Assembly (NCBI GenBank): GCA_030141605.1
Contig: JAQGDQ010001218.1
Coordinates: 1-54,435, forward strand
From: Tubiluchus corallicola
Lineage: Eukaryota; Animalia; Priapulida
Reading direction: 5' to 3'
DNA: 54,435 nt
The position numbers and the translations under genes were made by a program. The notes beneath the pieces are model-generated. The model had not been told where the DNA came from. It ran no database searches and worked only from the letters and a program-made list of their open reading frames with translations. Numbering within the stretch: the stretch's first letter is position 1; each line of letters opens with the position of its first letter. Positions 52,915-54,435 of this stretch are shown here, in pieces.

Positions 52915-53395
52915 GCCAGCTCAACTTAGTGCCGGTCCCAAGCCCGGATGAATAGGGAGGGTTAGGGTCAGGAAGGGCATCTGTCTGTAAGAGCTGCGCC
53001 AAAACCTTCTATGAATAAGTCGGTGAGACTTAAAGATAAAGTCCACAAATAAGTAGTCAGACCCGCTCTAATCTATGGGCTGGAAGCAGCCTCTCTAAAG
53101 AAGACCGAAGAGAAGAAAATGAGTGTGGTGGAGATGAGGATGTTGAGATGGATGGTGGGAATAACAAGAAGAGATAAAATTAGAAATAATAATATCAGAG
53201 GAACAGTAAAAGTAGTGGAAGCCTCGCAACATTGCGATGGTATGGACACTTGAAAAGAAGAGTCGGTGAAGACCTGGTGGGAAGGGAAGACATAAAGGAA
53301 GAGATGGTCAACAACAGGAATGCGTGGAGAAGACTCATTCACAACAGCGACCCCGAATACGGAAAATCTGGAAAGAAGAAGAGGAAGAAGAATTA
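52915..53395 (+). mobile_element. Internally deleted RTE-clade element (5'UTR-like motif joined to ORF C-terminus, (GAA)n tail)
   Basis: ggtcccaagcccggat...ggagggtt...ggaagggcatc motif, followed by VRPALIYGLEA...EMRMLRWMVGITRRDKIRN. Confidence 0.75.
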
Positions 53396-54435
53396 TATGA
53401 TCTTGATAGTGTACATTAAGTTCATGTACACGTGTGTACGTGACTAGTCTACAGTGCACATCTGCAAGAGTTACCAAAAGCATGTAAGTAAATTTAATTA
53501 AATCTTGCTATGCTAATTAATTTAATCTAATTAGACTAATTAATCTAGTTAATATAATTAATTAAATCAAGTTATACTAAGTTAAAATAAATTATTTTGT
53601 TTTTGTTTTAATTGTTTAATTCAATTCATTAAACATCATTTGTGTTGTTGACATGGGCCTTGTACGATAATTCAATTTTGATTACGTTATCGTGTCCTAG
53701 GGGTCGCTGCAGACCACGCTAGTGGTCACTCGAGATTATCGTAAAACAATGCTAGCCGGTTCTTGCAACAGATGTATTAGAACCAGCCGATTTCAAAAAC
53801 GACACCAGGTGGCAGTAGAACAACTATAGCATTTGCAGTGCTGGATGATTCTTTGGAGACCCCTAGTAATTGACGTCTAACATAATGTCAATCATTTTCG
53901 TTGACCGTCCAATCAGCGCGCAAGTTATTTCACACACCCCTACAGCAGGTACGTTCGGGACATTTAGCTACAGCTGTGTCTAACACTGTTGTTGAAAATG
54001 CTCAACTTTTCATTAGTTAGCGGGAGAAATCTGGTTCTAGATTTTATTATTGTCAATTGAAATTGCAAGTGAATTAGTGGTGCTATATAGTCTAGTTTCG
54101 TTTATAGAAAGAAATGCCCAACGCCTACGTCTATGAGTTGCTGATTAAACCATTTTGCAATCACGAAAATACGCAGTTTAGTTTAGTTTATGGCTTTGCA
54201 AGTTTAGATAAGAACAACTATTTAATTAACTTTAAATAAGGGCAGAACGAAATGTTTTCTTTTCTGGCCAGTTTTATGAGATCTTCACAGTCAAAATTAA
54301 TTCAAATGTGGTCAAAACTTATATTATACATCAATCTAATATTACTTAATTTTACGGTATTTTTCTGGTTATAATCATGGTTAAAAGATGCCATTGGGAC
54401 GTATGTGACTCGGGCATTCAATATAAGGGTTGTCT

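Overview
Eukaryotic (bilaterian invertebrate, probably lophotrochozoan judging by the 5S-like sequences) AT-rich, repeat-dense genomic DNA. Genes reconstructed by reading splice sites: (1) the first 7 coding exons (363 aa, ankyrin region) of a TRPA1 channel gene on the - strand (19280->1934, continuing beyond the last exon I can place); (2) the last two exons of a GLT1D1-like glycosyltransferase on + (34406-36478); (3) a 5-exon PRKRIP1 gene on - (45005->38016); (4) a Thr-rich mucin-like exon plus a probable next exon on - (52753->51264). The rest is MITEs (Kolobok-, piggyBac-, hAT- and Tc2/pogo-like ends), RTE and CR1/L2 LINE remnants, a 5S-rRNA-headed SINE family, a tRNA-type SINE, and micro/minisatellites. 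The most striking observation: three TRPA1 introns hold tandem arrays (107 bp x20, 110 bp x14, 62 bp x44) built from the exon-intron junction itself. Each unit repeats a real splice site and can be parsed as a frame-preserving micro-exon (24, 60 and 21 nt). Whether these are spliced is untested. The first ~900 bp is a chimeric direct+inverted duplication of downstream TRPA1 sequence and may be an artefact. Most ORF-track ORFs are repeat-derived and non-coding.
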